DNA of 63,129 nt, counting the filler, from Reticulomyxa filosa (taxonomy: Eukaryota > Protista > Foraminifera): NCBI GenBank assembly GCA_000512085.1. It is 12 parts of 12 records of this genome, joined end to end, with 100 filler letters (N's around TTAATTAATTAA, not from the genome) between each part and the next. Parts side by side here need not be neighbours in the genome. Positions count along the whole stretch, not along the records: positions 41,334 to 53,736 come from ASPP01004065.1; positions 53,837 to 60,573 come from ASPP01017333.1; positions 60,674 to 63,129 come from ASPP01026946.1; 9 more parts are not named here. One strand, 5' to 3'. Positions 50,087 through 63,129 of the stretch are shown here, piece after piece; the first letter of the stretch is position 1, and each line of letters opens with the position of its first letter. Under the pieces are notes generated by a model. It was not told where the DNA came from, made no database searches, and saw only the letters and a program-made list of their open reading frames with translations. The translations under genes were made by a program, and so were the position numbers.

Positions 50087-51241
50087 ATGCCTCAACAAAA
50101 ACGAAATCAACCCGACTCTGCATCTTCTGATCCAGTGGATACTCCAGATTCAAAAAAACGAAAAGTGTGATTATCATTGTATTATTATATTTGTTTGATA
50201 AGTTTCTTCAAAGAAAAGAAGTGAGGCAGAACAGATTGCTAGAACGCTTTACTTTTGACTTTAGGTGGACGAAAACCAAACGGACTCTTCTGAAAAAGAA
50301 AAAGAAGTGAAGACAGAAGCAAAGGCAAGCGAGGCAGAAAAAAAAGCACAACCTGAAGAAGAAGAGAAGGAATGTTGCATATGTTTGGAAACGATCAAGC
50401 TTCCAATAACATTGCCTTGCAAGCATGTATTTTGTTATTTATGTTTGAAAGATGTCCGAGTAGAACAAGCTGACTGTGAAGATGACAGTGATGATGAAAA
50501 TCAAGATGAGAGCGAAAATGAGGATCAAGAATATTTCCGTTGTCCGTATTGTCGTCGAAAAACAAAGGCCACATATGTCGACAAATCCAAAATGAACTAT
50601 AATGATTGGTTGAAAACCATGGTTAAGAGTACCGCTTCACCATCTGGTGACACCACTTCCACCAATGCTGGAACAAGTATGTTTTGGTCTTGACTTGATT
50701 TAGTTTTCAAAATTACAAATTTCTTTTTATAATATATGAACAAGTAATAATATAAAGTATGTATATAAGTGCATGTGTACATGTATAAACGAATTATTCT
50801 AATTGAAAAGATGATAGCAAGGATAAACCTAGTGAAGTGGTAACATGGCAATACAGCGGCCGAAAAGGTGGTTGGTGGGCTTATGAACCTAGAAACAATG
50901 AACTAATCGAACAAAAATATCAGGAATTTGTTTCCAAATTTCCAAATGGTTTGACTAGTGCTGCCGGTGTAAGCGACAGTGATAGCGACGATGACAGCAA
51001 GAAAAAGAAAAAGAAAAAAAATGCAAACGCATCTGATGGCGGAGATGATAATGCAAATAAGGTATGGGCATGTCCAATTGAAGTTGGACACAGTGAATAT
51101 ATGATTGATTTTCGCAAAATGAGTCAGGTCAGTAAAGAGGATAAAACAAAAAAAAGAAATGTTCGAAGATTTACTGTTGACCCAACCCAATCGACATTGA
51201 AAAAGGGAGATTGGAAGGGATGTGCTGGTCAATTTTTTTGA
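50087..51241 (+). CDS. RNF146: RING plus WWE E3 ligase, RNF146/Iduna-like
   Basis: RING CCICL..P..LPCKHVFCYLCLK...CPYCR; WWE WQYSGRKGGWWAY..YMIDF..MSQ..KRNVRR..KGCAG; three predicted exons. Confidence 0.75.
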
Positions 51242-52553
51242 GAAAACTTAAAACAATTAAATCAAAAATTGACTTTTTCAAAATTTTTTAAAATATATCA
51301 ATAAAAAACAAAATATCTATATAGTTGTTAAAAATTTTTTACTCAACTTTTTGCAAATTTTTTTTTTGCGCACAGGTTGACCTATTCAAAAACAACAAAA
51401 CTTACTAATCAAAAAATAAAAAACAACATTATTTTCACAAAAGATCATACAAACGCATTAGATTTGTCACTACAATTGATCATTGTAGCAACAATCTAAT
51501 TTAAAATAAAAAACCATCATTTTTATTTTTTCACATACTTATTTACTGTCTGGCACCACCGGTCACTCGATTATGTTTTTGCTCATGTTTTTAAATTATT
51601 TTTTTTTATCGCATTTTGTTATATATTTAAAAAGAACAAAAAATAAATAAAAATACACTTAACAATTGGACATCAACGCACTGTTCTGAAATAAAACGAC
51701 AAAAAAAAACAAAGAAAACTTTTTGAACTTTCGTTTTCTCTTCGTTAAAAAATGGAACACTAAAGGGCCAGTCTTATGGATAAAAGCAGAAAATATACTA
51801 ACTTTCAAGTACAAAGTAACTGACTTTTCAAAAATGATCAGATGTGGATAAAAAACATTTTTTATGTAGATTTTCACTAATTGCATTTGCAAGATAAAAA
51901 AGAGCAAAAGAATACTCTCGATCCGGCAAATGGCAACAAACAACACACAAAAAGTATATGTATTAAAAATTAACAAATATTTTGGCAGTGATGTATTAGA
52001 GTTGAAAGTGAGTTACTTTTTCTGGCAATAAAACAAAAGCACAAAACAAACGAAACAAACAAAGCAAACAAAACAAAATACCAAACAATTATTAAAAAAA
52101 AGCTCAAAATAACATTGATTACATTGTTTAAACTGGCACTGTGAAAAACTGCGATTTATATTTTTGAATTGGATAAAAACCATATTCACAAACAACACTA
52201 CAAAAACAAAAAAGAAATCTTCTCCCGTCCATCTTCATTTTTTAAAAACTAAACAAAACAACCTTTGAAGACAATACAACATTGTTGAAAAGAAAACAAT
52301 CACACAAACAGCAAACTCTTCACAAAAATTAGACAAAACACATGAAGATTATGTGTATTTTTTTTGGTTTTTTTAAATAGTGAACTGACTGCTGTCCTAT
52401 CGTTACTATTATTGATAGTGGTGTTCAACTTTAAACATGTGAACCATAATTTCCCCATTCAAACAATTGCACACAAACAGCAAGAACACTATTCTATCAA
52501 ACAAACAAATAAAAAAAATGATTGATAAGTATAAAAATAGAGCACAATTACGA

Positions 52554-53736
52554 TCAATTGGTATCATCCGGTAAAGGAACAATAATATTTTCAATGAGAT
52601 GATTACAAGTCGGGCAAAAAGAACCCCGCTGACCAAACTTGTTGTTTTTATAACAATGAATGCAAACATTTTGGTGTCGACATGGCATAAAAATGACCTT
52701 TTTTCGGAATTTATCGACATTAAAACACACGACACAATTGCGTTGTAATTTTTCTTCCATGATCACATTTTGGAGCATAACTAAAAAACATAAGCATTCG
52801 TCCAATTCTTCATTTGAAAACTTTCTCATATTTTCATAAGAAAACAATCGTTCCAAGTTAGACATGCACTCGATGCTGCTCGTATTTTTTCGTCGAACTG
52901 CACTTGGCAATGCTTCTTGGTCATTCATGTCCTGACTGTATCGCTTGTAGAGTGGATACACGGAATTGTTATTTGAAGTCGCACGGAGCATACCAAAAGG
53001 ATTGGGCAAAGTGGTCATATTACTTTGTTCTTTTTTATTTGTTAGTTTGGTTTGTTTATTTCTTTTCTCTTGTAAATATGTACATGTATACATTATATGT
53101 ATATACCTCCTCTGTTATGAACTGCGGTTCTCATATCATCAGTGTTCGTTTCCGACTGTGATCTCGATATTGACCTTTCTTCCTCAATATTGCGATTTTG
53201 TGGAAGAAGAGCATTCAACATGTCCAATTCCAACATTGGTTCGTCGAATCGTTGTTTTTCTTCTTCCTCTTGTCGTTGTTCTATTTGCGTTATTGGCTCT
53301 TCTCCACGGCTATCATTGTCATCATTGTCATTATCATTGTTGTTGTCCTCTTCATTGCCATCATAGTCATCGTCGTCTATCTCATCGTCATTATCATCAT
53401 CTTCGTCATCCTCCTCATCATCATCGTCTTCTTCGTCATCCTCGTTATCTCCATCGTCATTGTCATCACCTGTTTCTTCCCCTCGTTTTCCTTTGTTTGT
53501 TCCCTTTTCTTCATCTTCCACGTCTAACTCAGTTTCAACACGTGACGACGGATCTCGACTGGTCCTTCGTGGCAATTGGAAGCTGTTGGGTTGATGGAAT
53601 TCAATTACATTCTTTGCAGTGCCATGAGGAGTGAGGATTGTGCTAATGCGTGCCTTTGTGATATCTGCCGCTGCCATTTGTTCCCATTCTCTCGCACTGC
53701 GGCCATGATAAGTGTTGCGACGACTTCTTCCTCCTC
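52554..53736 (-). CDS. Acidic protein with C-terminal RING (C3HC4_3/IAP-type); 3' part of a gene
   Basis: CVVC..IFMPCRH..VCIHC..CPTC at the C-terminus; Asp/Glu-rich exon open to the gap. Confidence 0.75.
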
Positions 53737-53836
53737 NNNNNNNNNNNNNNNNNNNNNNNNNNNNNNNNNNNNNNNNNNNNTTAATTAATTAANNNNNNNN
53801 NNNNNNNNNNNNNNNNNNNNNNNNNNNNNNNNNNNN
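53737..53836. other. Artificial contig linker
   Basis: 44N-TTAATTAATTAA-44N. Confidence 0.98.
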
Positions 53837-53909
53837 AAAAAAAAAAAAAAAAATTAAAGTTTCTTTTTTTTTTTTAAATTGAAAAGGTTACTCAAAAGAA
53901 AAAGCATAC

Positions 53910-54849
53910 AATTTGTTGAAAATTTTGATTCTCGTCTTCAAGAAAACGAGCCTTGCCACAACTTGCGGTCAATTGATTCTGCACAGTTATTTTATTCAAT
54001 GTTACAAAACAAAAAAACCAAACAAAAAATAAAAGTAACATTGGTGTCATCTCTCTCTTTTGTCAGCGCTTGTTGTGCACTCTTCATGGTTTTAATTTGA
54101 TAATTTAAACTTTTGATCAGCACACCATCCGTTAACAGTTTTTTTTTGAAAAAGTTAATCTTTTTCGCAAAGTTTGTGTTGTTGTCGCTCAGCAATTTGT
54201 TCATTTGCACCAGTTTTAGATTTTTTTCTACAATGTTACCATCACTTTTATCATTGTTACGTGTTTGCTACAGTTTTTTTTGGTACAAGCAACCCGAGTT
54301 CGTTTGTATGTATTTATATGTACATAAAAATAAATGTGTATGCTTTTCTTTTCCCTCTTTGCACTTCCGAAAAAAATTAGTACACGTAACGGCAAGAGCA
54401 GGAATGGAATCGTCTTGCTGTGAACTGCTTCCACAACGTTCACTGGCTGAAGATGGGCCTTTGTTACTAAATACTTCAGAGTCCATATTCGCAGATTTTT
54501 CTGATATCGATAATTTTAGTTTGTTATCAGCTGTGATGCTTTTTTCATTTGATAATGTTTTCCTTCTTTTCTTTATAGAAATAGAGGCAATGTCGCTCTT
54601 TATCGTATCTTTGTCGTCGTCGTCACTGGAAATTCGATTTTTGAGACTTGTTTTTTTGGCTTTTTTTTTTGAGGTTAAAGATATTGGGAAACTGGCAATG
54701 CTACATTCGCTGGAACTCACTCTTGGGACGCCCGTTGTATTGCCCTCTTTATCAGTTATATACTCTGCCCCTGTATTATCGGACGCCAGAGCTAGATCGG
54801 CGTGATTTTCATCCATAATGGGCAACAACTTTTGTGATTGCCGTGGCAT
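53910..54849 (-). CDS. Ser/Lys-rich and coiled-coil protein; probably the 5' part of the RING gene at 52554-53736
   Basis: ATG at 54849; exons run toward the gap and the last ends at a GTATG donor; coiled-coil-like IKTMKSAQQALTKERDDTN. Confidence 0.5.
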
Positions 54850-55259
54850 ATCTTGAAAGTTTCTCCTATTCCCTTAGTTCAAACCAACTGAGCCAAGACC
54901 CTAATATAGAGAAGTGATCCCGAATCAAGTTCCTTGGTTTTTAAAAATTTCTTCGTCCAATTTATTTTTGTTTTATTTAATCAAATATTTGACAATTGAA
55001 TAAATCAACAAACAATATTTAAAATTGAAAGAATGGATACATTTTGTTCGGTTCCAGACCCAAGCATTGCAGGAGGATTTATTAAAAAAAGTTAATTACT
55101 CACAAAAAGAATAAATTTATTTTTCTAAATCCGTTAAATAGGTTTGATTCCTCTGCACCTTGAACTAGTAACTTTGAAAGCAGTCAAAAAATGTTCACTA
55201 AAATACTTTCAACGCTTTTACAACGTAAAAAAAAACTGAGTGAAGAGACCCTTTGGGAA

Positions 55260-57295
55260 ATGTTTTTTTTTCTTGTTGCGCTTTTTATTGGAATAGCTTT
55301 CTCCGACGAATGGGCGGTAAAATCACCTTCAACAGATTTGCCCAACATCATATTCATTGTTTCGGATGATTTGGGCTATGACGACGTTGGTAAGAGACTT
55401 TTGGACTGTGTGCTTTTGAAAGTTAACACTGGAACGATGATAACAACGGCATGAACACCTACACTCACACAAAAGGATTTATGTCGCACCAAATCAATAC
55501 CCCACATATTGACAACCTTCGGACGAAAGGAATGTTTCTCAGCCATTACTACGCGCAATGTGTATGCAGGTAAACACAGCAAATGAAAAGGGGAGCGGCA
55601 TCGATCAAACTAACATCCCTTTTTTTTTTTTTTTTTTTTTTTTTTTGAAAACAAGCACTAAAACATAAACTACAGTCCAAGCCGTGCAACCTTTTTGACC
55701 GGTCGCTATCCACTGCATCACGGGATAACAGCCTGGATTCAGCCGACTGACAGGTACGGCCTTCCATTAAACGAGGTGTTGTTATCAAACGTACTGCTCA
55801 ATGTAGGATACCAGACCCACGCCGTGGGGAAATGGCATTTGGGTTTTTACAAATGGCCATACACCCCGACTTTTCGAGGTTTTTTTTTTGTTTCTTCGCA
55901 CCCAATCACAAAACACATCTTTGAGAGAAAAGACAAGTGTAATACGAAAGAAAAAAGAAAAAAAAAAAAAAAGGGTTTTCGTCTTTTTATGGGTATTACT
56001 CTGGGGGTGAGGATTATTACACCCACATAAATGCCGGGTATTTTGACTTTCGAGACGACAGAGGTTTAAATTGCGGAGCAAATTGCAGTGTGGTGGCGAC
56101 AGACAGTTATAGCAACTATTCGGCAGGACTGTTTACGCGAAGGGCGGTCGACATAATCGACAATCACAACCCCGCAAATGGGCCCCTGTTTTTGTATTTG
56201 GCCTATCAGTCCGTGCATGAGCCTGCACAAGTGCCAATCAGCTATGTGAATCCGTATAACGACACCATTGAAAATGTGCAACGCCGCATTTTTGCCGGGA
56301 TGTTGAGTTGCGAAGATGAAGGCATTGGCAATGTCACCAGCGCGCTTGCTCGGAATCAGTTGCTGGACAACACCATCATTGTCTTCACGAGTGACAATGG
56401 AGGACCCACCACCACTTCGGATGGAATTGGAAGTCGAAATTGGCCTTTAAGAGGTGGCAAACACAGGTTGTGTACAATGCTAAAGTCGTTTTAACTATTA
56501 ATCAATACACTTTTTTTTTTAAAACAAAAATAAATTATTTTGCTCTCTATTCACGTGGAGGGGTGGGGGAAAAAAAACATGTACATATACCATTGTTGGA
56601 TAAAGTATATGGGAAGGAGGGACTCGAATCGTAGGCGTCTTTTGGGCTTCGGAAAATATCTTGCCCAAATCATTGCACAATACCACTTACGACAATTTGA
56701 TGCATGCTGCAGACTGGATGCCGACGTTGTTGGATGGCATTGGGTTGGATTGGAATAATCTGGATATTCAATTTGATGGTGTCTCCCAGTGGGGGGGATT
56801 AATTGGTACTCAAAATGGTCCGTTTCGCAACAATATTTATTATGACCATGACTCACTCGCTAATGGCAGCACTGGACCTAATATCGCGTTAAGTTGACAT
56901 TTGTTTTGTATGGATCGAACATTGTCTATTTTTTTTTTGGAATATCCAACAGATTACAGTATGATGGATATAAGCTATTTAACAGCAGTGGTGGTGAGCC
57001 ATCCTCATGGTACGAACCGGTAAATGAAACACACGTGCTTTCAACATCAATGAGTGGCAGAACACTGATGGAATTGGATGGATATAATGTTAGTTTGTAC
57101 AATTTGACTAATGATCCAAATGAATATAATGACATATCTTCACAAAATCCTGATATTGTCAACTTCATGTGGAATCTATTGACAGAAATTAGGCAAAGTG
57201 CAGTTCCAGAAGCCCAGCAAGATACAAATTGCTCCGTGAACTGTACACATACAGTATATCCTATTGTGGGCCCTGCCTGGGAGCCCTGGTGCTAA
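55260..57295 (+). CDS. ARSB: Secreted/lysosomal arylsulfatase B-like sulfatase, multi-exon
   Basis: Signal peptide; PNIIFIVSDDLGYDDVG; spliced CS|PSR..LTGRYP (Cys-type FGly motif); VGKWHLG; SDNGG; NWPLRGGK; LYNL..DP.E; C-terminal W.PW. Confidence 0.9.
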
Positions 57296-59457
57296 TCTTT
57301 TTGGCGTTTGCCCGAAGATCATTTTTTAAATGCTAATGACAACTTTTGTCGCTAAAATGCACAAAGTACAAATAATATTTAATTATCTTCGTACATGTCA
57401 ATTACACAAAAATTGCAAACGGCAATCCTTTCAAATAAAACAAAAAATACAACATTAGAAATAATAACCAAATATAAAAAAGTAATTAAATATCAACAAA
57501 AAAAATTGAAACTTAATGTCCCTTTTTTGTAAAAAAAAATTTGATATTAATGAGCAATCAAATGCCACCATTCTTATCGACAAACAACAAAAGAAAAAGT
57601 ACTAATAGCTTTTCAATTGTTGAATTACAAGACAAATAATAATATCAAACTAATACTGGAAACATTAATAATGAGAAAAGTATTGCCAGTGTATCATAAT
57701 GCTATCATCAATGAACTTGTCGTTCGATTGCAACACTGGAAGCCATTTGACTGCTACTCAATACTAAAATCACTGGCTTTACTAGATTTCAGCATAACTT
57801 GGGTTTGACCTATCACACGCACTTCGGACATCACTTTGACCGCTGCTTACACGAGGCTGCTTTTGGATTGCATGGAGGAAGATTAATCTATCTTCATTTG
57901 TGATGAACTTAAAGGCTTGGAGAATCGTCACACACGTTCTTCGCTTCTTGTAAAGACCTTCTTTTCGACATCCCATAAGTTTTTTTTTATTTGTTTGTTT
58001 ACCTCCATTTTTTTGTTTTGTTTATGTTGGGTTTTTTTGTGCGGGGGACAAATAGTAGTTGGAGCCATCCTAAAGCTGATGAAATATTACTCAATTTTGA
58101 GTATCTCTGAACTTTTGGTTGGCTTAGTACGGAAGAAGTTTGTGTTGGTTAAAAATTAAACAAATAACGAGTGACAAGTTTTCATGGCATATCAATCTCC
58201 ATTCAGAGAACGAGATGGTTTATATGAAAGATAAAGCTCTTGTCATTGGTTTGATAACATTTCCATCGATATCCAGCTTGTCTTTGCCTGCGTTTGGTGT
58301 GTTCGGTCCATATTTGCTTTTTTCACTTTACTTTTAAGCGCTACGTGCTCGAATTTTTGCTTGCCTGAGTAATCATTAATTACAGTAATACAATACTAAA
58401 TATCATACAACAAAACCAAGTGGCGCTTTGGAAAAAAAAAGCAAGTAAGACAAAATCAAAAATAAAAATTTAGTTCAAGCGTCGCAACGATGTTCATGAG
58501 GGCGCCGCTTGATTTTAAATTTTTTTTTCGATTTTCCCTTACTTGCTTTTTTTTTTAAATTGGAGTTTTTATAATTTTTTTTTTTATCATTTTTGACTTA
58601 TTTTTTTTATCATTAGCATTTTGCATCCTTTCGTTTTCTATCTTGCACATTTTTTGATTTTAATAAGACAATGAAATTTTATCCAATTGTAATAAATTAG
58701 ACGATATTTAAATCAAATATGTTAATTTTATTTGAATAATTGATAAATAGCAAATACTTTTTTTCATTAATCGTTACATGCACTTCTTGGTAATTTTTTG
58801 AATGATTGGATGTTTGTGAAGGATTGATTACAGTTGTTTGATTCATTAATTTTTATTAATACTCTAAACGCTTATATAGTTTATCTTTAATTTAGTTTAA
58901 CATATCCCGAGACATCTTGCTTGATCAGTGAATAAAAGATTGAATAAAAGACTAGTCGTCACATTGTAATCTATTTTTAATTACTAACATAAAAAATTAA
59001 TAAAACTTTCTATTGTGTAAGTAATATGAATAATAGCATCAAACTAACAAGCAAAAATATATTCATTATGTAACTCTTTTGGCTGCATAATTTTATATGC
59101 AACAATTTCTGCTATTTCGAAACATCAAAAGAACAATATACTCCATTATTGTACGTTAAATAAATTTAATTATTTTATTTTTCTGAAAGAAAATTATATT
59201 GTTTGATATTTAATTTTTTATAAACATATCTTTTTTTATACATAATAATAAAACAAAAAAATATTCGTTTCAACATGCAAAAAAATCAGCAATCCGCATA
59301 AAGTATCTAAAAAAATGTTTTTTGAGTGAAGAAAAACTATCTTATTGCTTAAAGGATTAGTTTTAATGATTTTTTTTCTTTTTAAAATTAAATCAAATTT
59401 TATATTCAGATTCATTGAATACAAAAAAATATTTAAAAGATGTTATTAGAACGAATA

Positions 59458-59623
59458 CAGTAGATCGCAAAAAAAAATGCCATACCTAAATGGCATTATA
59501 TGAAGAGAATCGATTTTCTCCATGAAAAATAAAGATTTAAAACTAATTTTTAAAAAATATATACTAATCTTGTAGTTTTTAAATATTAAATTTTTTTTTT
59601 TGCTAATTTTCTTTATTGTTGAT
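59458..59623 (+). mobile_element. Tc1/mariner-like terminal repeat, copy C
   Basis: TA|CAGTAGATCGCAAAAAAAAA..., closely similar to 2440-2610 and directly followed by a transposase remnant. Confidence 0.7.
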
Positions 59624-59624
59624 T

Positions 59625-59870
59625 AAAAGATCTAGGTTTGGTGGAGGAAATATTATGATTTGGGCTTGTTTTGGTGCAAAAGGTGTTGTAATGCTTGCAA
59701 GATAGAAGGCGTATGAACTCTGAAATTTATAAAGAGATATTAGAAGACGACATGTTAAAAAGTGTAAATTACTGTGTAAAGATGAAAATGATTTGTTCCA
59801 ACAAGACAATGCACCATGTCACAAAGCTAAAGAAATAATGAATTGGCTTAAAGAAAATAATATAGAACTT
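59625..59870 (+). pseudogene. Tc1-family DDE transposase remnant (frameshifted)
   Basis: Across frameshifts reads RFGGGNIMIWACFGAKGV..KIEG.MNSEIYKEILE..LFQQDNAPCHKAKEIMNWLKENNIEL, the Tc1 catalytic core around the second Asp. Confidence 0.85.
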
Positions 59871-60573
59871 GATAATTGAAACTGTAATCAATGCACAAGA
59901 AAAACCAACAAAATGGTAAAAACATTAAAAAAAACAACAAATTTTTAACAAAAAAAGAAATTTTTTAAAAAATTTCAAATAATCAAAAAAAAGTTTTCAA
60001 AATTTTGTTAAAAATTACGAAAGATACAAGGCTAATTTTTTTTAAAAAGTATCTACGTGACTTGAAAATCCCTAAAATGAAAACAAAAAGATTTAAAAAT
60101 TTCTTATTTTATAACATGATCGGTAACTTAATAAAAAAAATGTAAGAATTTAAATAAAATATTTTCTTCAGAGATTGCAAAAATATTTAAAAGTTAAGAT
60201 AAAACATTCTGAATGTTTAATAATTAGTGACTTTTGATCTTTTGTTTAGCAAATTCTAATTTTTGGTTGTCTTAAAATTATACTGTAATTTATTTGGAAA
60301 TAATCGTTATTTTGATTACCTAAAACATCTGTCAACACGTAGCTATTTTGGAGAAGCAGTACATTAATAAGTAAATTGAACAGAAGTAAGAATGAAAAAG
60401 TCAACAAAATAAACAAAATACAGAAAAAGTTTGTAATGTGATAATAAAATATTTCTTTGGCTTTCTAAATAATTGGTAAATTTAGAATTTTCTCATTCCA
60501 AAAAAATTGACTTTGATTTTCGGTGGCTCGTTTCTTTATTTTAACACTAAAAAAAACTATATGGCATAGCAAA

Positions 60574-60673
60574 NNNNNNNNNNNNNNNNNNNNNNNNNNN
60601 NNNNNNNNNNNNNNNNNTTAATTAATTAANNNNNNNNNNNNNNNNNNNNNNNNNNNNNNNNNNNNNNNNNNNN
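60574..60673. other. Artificial contig linker
   Basis: 44N-TTAATTAATTAA-44N. Confidence 0.98.
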
Positions 60674-62294
60674 ATCATTGAAGTCGCACTACAACGCATG
60701 CGCCCGTCATTCCTCCAATTCATTTATTTGTTTATTATTGAACAAATATCTACAGTGAACTTCAAATATGGGTCATGGTTTGCGTTTTGAATAACATACA
60801 ATTTGAAAAAAAAATTAAAAATCCATATGTGATTTGGTTCATGATATATTGAAGGTGGTAAGCTAGTTATTGTGATGATTATATGCGCAACCTATTCCAA
60901 GTTATAATGTTTTTTTATGATGTGATTGAAATTGAAATATATATGATCAATACCACGTGTGTAACATAGGTCTCCAAAGAATACAGTACCTGTGGAAAGT
61001 GACTGTGGTTGCAGTGCCAGCAAGCAAAGGCAAAGTGAAGTTGGTGCATGTTCGTTTGCAAGTATTTAACACTTTCTCAAATTTTTGGATTAAAATTTTG
61101 TAATTTTGTGTGAATTGTGGTTTCTTTTAGCTTTTTTTAACAACTTCGTTCCTCGGCTCACACGACGTTTTTCATCAAATTATACTCATCGTAAAAATTT
61201 TTGAATTTTAATATTTTAAATCTAAAAGCAGAAAAGATGCAAATAAATTCGATTTGATTTTCACTTTTGTCTTTGAAAAAACTGATAACTGGGATTAATT
61301 GCAGGTGATGATACGCAATAGACTCTTTTAAATTATTTTATATTGTGTTTTGCGTAGGACAATAACAAGAATGATGATTAAATAAGAAGGAGTGTACATG
61401 ACAAAAAGATGCTAGAATATTATATTTTAAGTTTTCATATTAAAAAATAATGAAAAAAGAATCAAAAGCACGAAGAAAGTAAGGCATTAATTTGTACCAA
61501 ATAATAATATTTCAATTTGCAAATCCCAATGTTTGGGAACTTCTTTTCGACAATAAAGTTTGTCACACACCGCTCCTAATCCGAAATACGGTGATTGCAA
61601 ATGTGTTTGTGTGTTCTTGACGTTTCCACGTCACAATTAGCATAAGATAGCATGTGTTTTCCTCCATGTTGTGACAATTGATGGAGCAACTTATCGACTT
61701 TTTTTCATTTTCTCCAAAGGCTTCATTGCGATAATGATTATCATATTTCACTATATTTATTTCAAAATTTTCCAGCCTTAAAAAAACTTGAAGCATATTG
61801 TCAATTATCATCTTGTTCTTTGCTCAGTTTTTATCGCATTTTTGTTTTTCCATCTTCCACACCAATAATTTTTGTTTGATTTGGGTAAGATTAAAGCATC
61901 CACTCCACAGTTGTGTCAAGTAGTGCATGAGGACCAACCAATTTTCTACAATAATCCAATTTTCGTTAAGCCGATTTCTTTTCTTCTTGGTACCACGTAA
62001 TATTTTTTTTCCCCCCCCCTTTGCAATATATTACCAATGTTAACAGATAGTACTGTGTATAATCACAATGAAGAAATGTATAAAAAAAAAATATTATCCA
62101 CCACTGACCAATATCGGCCTAATTCATCAAACTAATCATTACCAATATTTGTTGGTAATGTAATTGGGACACGTCGTTAGTGAGAAGCACGCTTGGTTGC
62201 ATCAAATGTATCAAATTTTGTAGACGTATTGAAATGGTGTGAAGAAGCAATGACAGAGAACAAGACACATGAAATTGTTGTTGTTAAAGTTATT

Positions 62295-62985
62295 CTACAG
62301 ATCGGGAGATTCTTTGATAATAAGTAAAAATTTACCAAACACCATCAATCCTCTCTCTCTTGACAGTCCATATGATGGATTAACTCGAGCGTCATTGTGA
62401 GATTGAATGCATTCATGTGTGGAAGCAACATTTGGGCTTGCTGCTCCTAACCTCAATGTATTGTTTTGGATACACTTTGTCGTCTCCTTCCGTTTTGGTT
62501 TGAAACAGTGTTTGTCCATCAAATGTTCCGTCGTTGGCATTGGGGCCCCACACGTGTTCATTCCAATAAGGGAGGTCACTCGAGTCTTTGCCAGTCTCCG
62601 TGTCAATATATTTTACAACGCTGGTGCCTCCTTCTGCCAACAGGATGTGATCTCCGATATTCAAGTGGATGTCGCGCTTGACGCTATTGGTCTGCGGTAC
62701 CATGTTGAATGGCTCGTCGATAATCGAACCCAAATTTTTGATGAGATGCTTTGGCGGAGCGAAAAAGCACACTTGACTATGCTGCCCATGGCATTGGCCA
62801 AAAAATCATCTAACACGAGCCCGATCACTTCTTTATTGTGGCTGCATTCTCCAGTTGTTTGACAATTGTTTTCCTTGTGATAAACAAGCCATAAGCCCTC
62901 TTTGGTGGTGAAGTAGTTGTTGTCATTGTCCAATTCGATGCCCAACCAATCGTCTTTCCCAATGTATTTGATCTCATCTGCAAAA
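62295..62985 (-). pseudogene. Degenerate multi-CAP-Gly protein
   Basis: IKYIGKDDWLGIELD..YFTTKEG; IGLVLDDFLANA; VVKYID..GPNANDGTFDGQTLFQTK. The CAP-Gly-like units lie in different frames. Confidence 0.5.
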
Positions 62986-63129
62986 AAGTCAACAGATTGT
63001 TTTTTTAAGCTGTTAAAAATCGATACACAACTCAATAAATTAAAAGTGAAAAAAAGGCATGCGTACATGTACATTATGTATACATAATATATACGTATGT
63101 TTTTTAAAAAAACACCTTTTCTATTATTA

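Noticed and set aside
57617-58500. Possible minus-strand gene remnant
   Set aside because: No consistent spliced ORF or family motif could be built.

Overview
AT-rich, intron-containing eukaryotic (protist) genomic DNA read with the standard code. It consists of 12 contigs joined by 11 artificial 100-bp linkers (44 N + TTAATTAATTAA + 44 N). The gene content (NACHT-pentapeptide-WD40 protein, CAP-Gly remnants, RNF213-like fragment, poly-Asn/Asp tracts, homopolymer frameshifts) resembles a foraminiferan such as Reticulomyxa filosa; this is inference, not a database result. Recognisable housekeeping genes: SUCLG1, RPN10, alkaline ceramidase, an ARSB-like sulfatase, a GLDH-type aldonolactone oxidoreductase and an RNF146-like RING-WWE ligase. 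The best candidate for an undescribed system is an NLR-like protein at about 3.1-7.8 kb whose N-terminal effector looks like a RelA/SpoT (alarmone-synthetase)-type nucleotidyltransferase, fused to NACHT, pentapeptide repeats and 14 WD40 repeats. Other notable items: a bacterial-type ATP-grasp ligase with introns, a RING/IBR-histidine phosphatase fusion, a CCCH plus multi-WWE protein, a DEP plus Tudor-like repeat protein, a prominin/Tweety-like 5-TM protein, a CDCA7-like zinc finger, a 3-exon 83-aa mitochondrial micro-protein not recoverable from the ORF track, Tc1/mariner remnants with a shared TA-CAGTA terminus, and unusual A-rich 3' splice sites. All family calls come from motif recognition by eye and exon boundaries are hand-predicted.
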